Shown here piece after piece: positions 60,315 to 64,000 of a stretch of 64,000 bases of DNA. Each line of letters starts with the position of its first letter. Positions within the stretch are counted from its first letter, which is position 1. Source of the stretch: Lachnospiraceae bacterium (GTDB lineage Bacteria > Bacillota > Clostridia > Lachnospirales > Lachnospiraceae); assembly GCA_030531435.1 (NCBI GenBank), contig JAUNNN010000004.1, positions 10,173 through 74,172 on the forward strand. Reading direction: 5' to 3'. Position numbers and translations under genes: made by a program. Below the pieces are notes generated by a model that saw only the letters and a program-made list of their open reading frames with translations, did no database searches and was not told the origin of the DNA.

Positions 60315-61304
60315 TTATTCAATGCCAAAATGACGATATGCAATCTCTGTTGCAACTCTTCCCTTTGGTGTTCTATTTATAAAACCATTCTGAATAAGAT
60401 AAGGTTCATATACATCTTCTATTGTACCTGAGTCTTCACCAATTGCTGCAGCAATTGTATCAAGTCCCACTGGACCTCCAGCAAACTTTTCAATGATTGT
60501 AAGAATTACATTCCTATCAACATAGTCAAGTCCCATTTTATCAACGTCCATAAGATCAAGGGCATTAACAGCAACATCCTTTGTAATATCACCATCAAAA
60601 CGTACCTGAGCAAAATCTCTAACACGTTTCAATAATCGGTTTGCAAGACGTGGCGTTCCACGAGATCTTCTAGCTAATTCATATGCGCCTTCTTTATCAA
60701 TTTCTATACCAAGTTTAATAGCAGAATTAGTAATAATCTTACTAAGCTCATCAGGTGTATAAAATTCAAGTTTATGAATTACCCCAAATCTGTCACGAAG
60801 TGGCGCAGTTAATAATCCAGCTCTTGTAGTAGCACCAACAAGTGTAAATTTTGGCAAATCAAGCCTTATAGATTTAGCTGTAGGGCCCTGTCCAACCATA
60901 ATATCAATTGCAAAATCTTCCATTGCCGGATATAGAATTTCTTCAACCTGACGATTAAGTCGATGTATTTCGTCAATAAATAAAAGGTCACCTTCATTAA
61001 GGGTTTGAAGTATAGCTGCAATTTCTCCTGGTTTTTCTATTGCAGGGCCGCTTGTAGTTTTCATTTTAACGCCCATTTCATTTGCAATAATTCCAGCAAG
61101 AGTTGTCTTACCAAGTCCAGGTGGGCCATAAAATAAAACATGATCCAAAGCATCCCCACGCTTTTTGGCAGCTTCTATATATACCTTTAAATTAGATTTA
61201 CATTTTTCCTGACCAATATATTTATCAAAAGTCATTGGTCGTAATGTAGTTTCAATGCTTATATCTTCTTCAGTTAAATTAGTCTCAATCATTCGTTTTG
61301 GCAT
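60315..61304 (-). CDS. ruvB: Holliday junction branch migration helicase RuvB
   Basis: LRP..F..YIGQ, Walker [12 protein letters not shown], Walker B LFIDEIHR, and sensor GATTR. Confidence 0.97.
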   Translation of the reverse strand: MPKRMIETNLTEEDISIETTLRPMTFDKYIGQEKCKSNLKVYIEAAKKRGDALDHVLFYGPPGLGKTTLAGIIANEMGVKMKTTSGPAIEKPGEIAAILQTLNEGDLLFIDEIHRLNRQVEEILYPAMEDFAIDIMVGQGPTAKSIRLDLPKFTLVGATTRAGLLTAPLRDRFGVIHKLEFYTPDELSKIITNSAIKLGIEIDKEGAYELARRSRGTPRLANRLLKRVRDFAQVRFDGDITKDVAVNALDLMDVDKMGLDYVDRNVILTIIEKFAGGPVGLDTIAAAIGEDSGTIEDVYEPYLIQNGFINRTPKGRVATEIAYRHFGIE

Positions 61305-61310
61305 AAATCA

Positions 61311-61919
61311 CTATATCCTCGCAATGTTTCTTAAAGCCATTTTAAGTATATCTTCAACCTGAGCATCTTCGGCTAATCCTGTATCTTTAACTGCCTTTAA
61401 TGCATCCTTCTTAGCATATCCCAGTGCTGCTAATGCTTCAACCGCTTCAGCCATTGCATCCGACATACCAGCTGTACTTTCCGAACTATCCATTAGTTTA
61501 TGTTCAAAAGTATCAATTAAATCAACCTTATCCTTAAGATCAAGAATAATACGCTGAGCCGTCTTTGCTCCTATTCCTGGAGCCTTTGATATACTTTTAG
61601 CATCTGATGACATTATTGCAAATTTAATATTATCAGAACCCATAAATGACATGAGCTGTAGTGCTCCTTTTGGGCCAATTCCATTTACCTGAATTAATAA
61701 CTTGAAAAAATCGAGATCATCTTTAGTAGAAAAGCCATACAAGTGCATGGCATCTTCTCTTACATTAAGAAATGTATATACTTTAACCTGACTACCTCTG
61801 CCAGGAAGCATTTCAATATGTGAATATGGCATAAATACATTATATCCTACGCCATTAACATCAAGAACAACTCTGTCCTCATATATAGAGTCTATCTCTC
61901 CCCTTAAAAATCCGATCAT
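61311..61919 (-). CDS. ruvA: Holliday junction DNA-binding protein RuvA
   Basis: MIGFLRGE.., HhH motifs (VNGIGPKGA, APGIGAKTAQRI), and C-terminal domain III. Confidence 0.95.
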   Translation of the reverse strand: MIGFLRGEIDSIYEDRVVLDVNGVGYNVFMPYSHIEMLPGRGSQVKVYTFLNVREDAMHLYGFSTKDDLDFFKLLIQVNGIGPKGALQLMSFMGSDNIKFAIMSSDAKSISKAPGIGAKTAQRIILDLKDKVDLIDTFEHKLMDSSESTAGMSDAMAEAVEALAALGYAKKDALKAVKDTGLAEDAQVEDILKMALRNIARI

Positions 61920-61945
61920 TATTTATCCCCCAAAAACTAATCTAT

Positions 61946-62476
61946 TCATAGATTACCATAATCGAACATATGTTTCAACTTATTTTTCATCATTGAAGCA
62001 ATAAAACCAACAATAGCTCCTGTAAAAAGTCCAGACATAATAAGAATAGGTCCATAATAAGAAATTTTTAACTGATTAACAATGATTACAGCTATAAATA
62101 GCTGAGCAATATTATGAAATACCCCACCAACTATACTTACACCCACTATGCTTAGTTTATTAAATCGTTTAGCAAGTATCATCATGCTTAAACTAATAAG
62201 GGCACCGCATAAACTGTATATTAGAGAAAAAAGATTTGCAAAAAGCAGTGCCATAAGCATAACGCGTAACACAGATACAATGTATGCCTCTTTATATGAA
62301 TAAAGGTATAGAGTAAGCACAGTTACAATATTTGCAATACCAAGCTTCACTCCAGGGATTCCAAAGTTAAATGGAAGAAGACTTTCAACATAGGAAAAAA
62401 TCATTCCAAGTGATACTAATAGCCCTAAATATGCAATTTTCCTTGTTTTAATTTGTGAATCCATCAAACTCACCAC
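61946..62476 (-). CDS. Gx transporter family membrane protein (Hpre_diP_synt_I family)
   Basis: Five TM segments. The PGVKLGIANIVT motif is typical of this family. Paired with the upstream NusG_II protein. Confidence 0.7.
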   Translation of the reverse strand: MVSLMDSQIKTRKIAYLGLLVSLGMIFSYVESLLPFNFGIPGVKLGIANIVTVLTLYLYSYKEAYIVSVLRVMLMALLFANLFSLIYSLCGALISLSMMILAKRFNKLSIVGVSIVGGVFHNIAQLFIAVIIVNQLKISYYGPILIMSGLFTGAIVGFIASMMKNKLKHMFDYGNL

Positions 62477-62816
62477 TTTTAGTATCTGAATTAATAGTAA
62501 TGACTATTTTCTGTGGAAGACAAACAATATTCTCTCCATTTTTAGATATTGGTTTTTGATGAACACACAGCTTATCTTCACAATCAGCACTTGTAACATC
62601 AATCTTTCCACCAGAAATATTGTAGCTTAAAAGAGTGTTACCATCAGAAATAACACTACCATCTCTTTCTACACTTAAGTCCAATGACTCAATAAGGGTA
62701 TTATTTAAATAAATATCTGCCCTCTCGCCATTAGAAGAAAATATTAAACTTACAATAAACCAAACGAGTGCAACAATCACTGCTGCACTCGTCGGAATTA
62801 AATCATATTTATTCAT
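62448..62816 (-). CDS. NusG domain II-containing (DUF1312) membrane-anchored protein
   Basis: N-terminal TM. C-terminal motif is DCEDKLCVHQKPISKNGENIVCLPQKIVITI. 29-nt overlap with the Gx transporter gene. Confidence 0.65.
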   Translation of the reverse strand: MNKYDLIPTSAAVIVALVWFIVSLIFSSNGERADIYLNNTLIESLDLSVERDGSVISDGNTLLSYNISGGKIDVTSADCEDKLCVHQKPISKNGENIVCLPQKIVITINSDTKSGEFDGFTN

Positions 62817-62823
62817 ATAAATT

Positions 62824-63327
62824 TTAATCTACCATTGCATGCTTAAGATTAGCATATTCTCTGTTAATCTCTTGCACAATCTGCTTGTCTCCGCACTCAG
62901 CATCAGGATGATATATCTTGATAAGATCTTTATATCTTTTCCTAAGTGCCTGTGGAGAAGCAACTCCCTTAAAGAAGAGTTCAGCATTAACCACATTATC
63001 ATAATGCTTTTCTTCTGTCTGGTATGTATGAACTCTGTCGAAGAACTGTTTACGTTTTTCAGCTCTGGCCGATTCATCAGCAAGTCGTCTTGTCTCCTCT
63101 TCTAAGAGACTCCACTTCATGTTAAATAACTGAACACTGGCATCAAAATTTCTCTTTTTGACTTCCATTTCATTATTAAACCGATCCTGCATCATCTTAA
63201 GTTCGACCATCTGTCTTTCAAGCTCCAGCTTAGCATCCATAAGAACACTGGCATCAAGCTTTGTGACATCAGCACCTGCTGACAACAGCTCAATCGCTTT
63301 TTCAACCTTATTCATTTTTGCCCTCAT
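62824..63327 (-). CDS. small J-domain protein (coiled-coil N-terminus, C-terminal J domain)
   Basis: LRKRYKDLIKIYHPDAECGDKQIVQEINREYANLK contains the HPD tripeptide. The second ATG at 63315 has a better RBS (GAGGG), so the start may be 63315. Confidence 0.72.
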   Translation of the reverse strand: MRAKMNKVEKAIELLSAGADVTKLDASVLMDAKLELERQMVELKMMQDRFNNEMEVKKRNFDASVQLFNMKWSLLEEETRRLADESARAEKRKQFFDRVHTYQTEEKHYDNVVNAELFFKGVASPQALRKRYKDLIKIYHPDAECGDKQIVQEINREYANLKHAMVD

Positions 63328-63334
63328 TAATCAT

Positions 63335-63374
63335 AAATAAACACAAATCACAAATGACTTCCCCAAATCATTTG
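63335..63374 (-). terminator. candidate intrinsic terminator after leuD
   Basis: Minus strand reads CAAATGA-(10 nt)-TCATTTG followed by TGATTTGTGTTTATTT. The stem is AT-rich, so this is weak. Confidence 0.4.
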
Positions 63375-63436
63375 CAATATTTATCCCAAAATCAATTCAA
63401 TGATACCATATCTTGTGGATATTGTGAAGACTATTT

Positions 63437-63919
63437 TTATTTATTAATGTAATTTACAAGTCCTTCTGCTTCAATAATCTTCTGCATGAATTCTGGGAAT
63501 GGCTGTCCCTTGTACTCTTTTCCAGTTGTATTATTTGTAATAATACCACTATCAAAATCTATAGATACTTCATCGCCATCCTTAATATCTTCTGAAGCTT
63601 CCTTACATTCAATAATAGGAAGTCCAATATTAATTGCATTTCTGTAAAATATTCTTGCAAATGTTTCAGCAATTACGCAGCTTACTCCAGCTTCCTTTAT
63701 TACAATTGGAGCATGCTCACGGCTTGATCCACATCCAAAGTTCTTACCAGCCACAATAAGGTCACCCTTATTTACTTTCTTAACAAAATCTTTATCAATA
63801 TCTTCCATACAGTGTTCTGCAAGTTCCTTCTTATCCTGAATTGCAAGATATCTAGCAGGAATAATTACATCTGTATCAACATTATCTCCGTATTTATAAA
63901 CTTTTCCATTTGCTTTCAT
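63437..63919 (-). CDS. leuD: 3-isopropylmalate dehydratase small subunit
   Basis: 160 aa. [15 protein letters not shown] and [14 protein letters not shown]. Confidence 0.93.
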   Translation of the reverse strand: MKANGKVYKYGDNVDTDVIIPARYLAIQDKKELAEHCMEDIDKDFVKKVNKGDLIVAGKNFGCGSSREHAPIVIKEAGVSCVIAETFARIFYRNAINIGLPIIECKEASEDIKDGDEVSIDFDSGIITNNTTGKEYKGQPFPEFMQKIIEAEGLVNYINK

Positions 63920-63945
63920 TTATTTATTCTCCTAATATAATCAAT

Positions 63946-64000
63946 TTATGGTGCTGTAATATATCCTGTAATTGCGCTTGCTGCTGCAACGGCTGGACTC
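63946..64000 (-). CDS. leuC: 3-isopropylmalate dehydratase large subunit, last 17 codons (5' part beyond the right window edge)
   Basis: My translation of the minus strand gives ..SPAVAAASAITGYITAP*, the typical aconitase-family LeuC C-terminus. Stop codon at 63946-63948. Directly upstream of leuD. Confidence 0.75.
   Translation of the reverse strand, partial: SPAVAAASAITGYITAP

Overview
This 64-kb window looks like core chromosome from a low-GC Firmicute. The proteins look like class Clostridia, possibly Lachnospiraceae, but that taxon call is my judgement from protein sequences only.

The window is about 95% coding. I call 67 CDS, two of them cut by the window edges. 65 are on the minus strand; only rpmB and an HD-GYP-type gene are on the plus strand.

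Gene content in minus-strand transcription order (right to left):
- leuC'/leuD, a J-domain protein, a NusG_II/Gx-transporter pair, ruvAB and zapA
- a tightly coupled block of U32, FtsW-like, class B PBP and NUDIX genes
- ytfI/ytfJ-like genes, asp23-yloV-recG, a ParE/ParC-type topoisomerase pair, rsmD-coaD, pepD, rsmF, recU
- a partial his operon, hisZ-G-D-B-(HisF-like)IE
- a radical-SAM / DUF2344 / RNase G trio fused by overlaps to mutS-mutL-miaA-ynbB
- mreBCD-pbp2-minC-rodA-mgsA, ylmE-sepF, aroB, lspA-rluD
- a PP2C phosphatase / RsbW-like kinase pair, then rplU-prp-rpmA-obg-yhbY-nadD'

I saw no rRNA or tRNA, no CRISPR array, no transposase, integrase or phage genes, and no recognisable defence or toxin modules. 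I could only read for these by eye.

I did not find a convincing self-contained novel system. The observations most worth a second look are:
- an orphan sensor-phosphatase/kinase partner-switching pair abutting the L21-L27-Obg operon
- a truncated HisF-like half-barrel with its catalytic Asp replaced, fused to HisIE
- an HD-GYP protein whose HD dyad reads YD
- a tandem-module U32 protein co-operonic with a second SEDS/bPBP pair
- MinC without MinD/MinE at the canonical site
- the uncharacterised radical-SAM/DUF2344/RNase G trio

All functional calls rest on motif recognition and synteny from memory. No searches were run.
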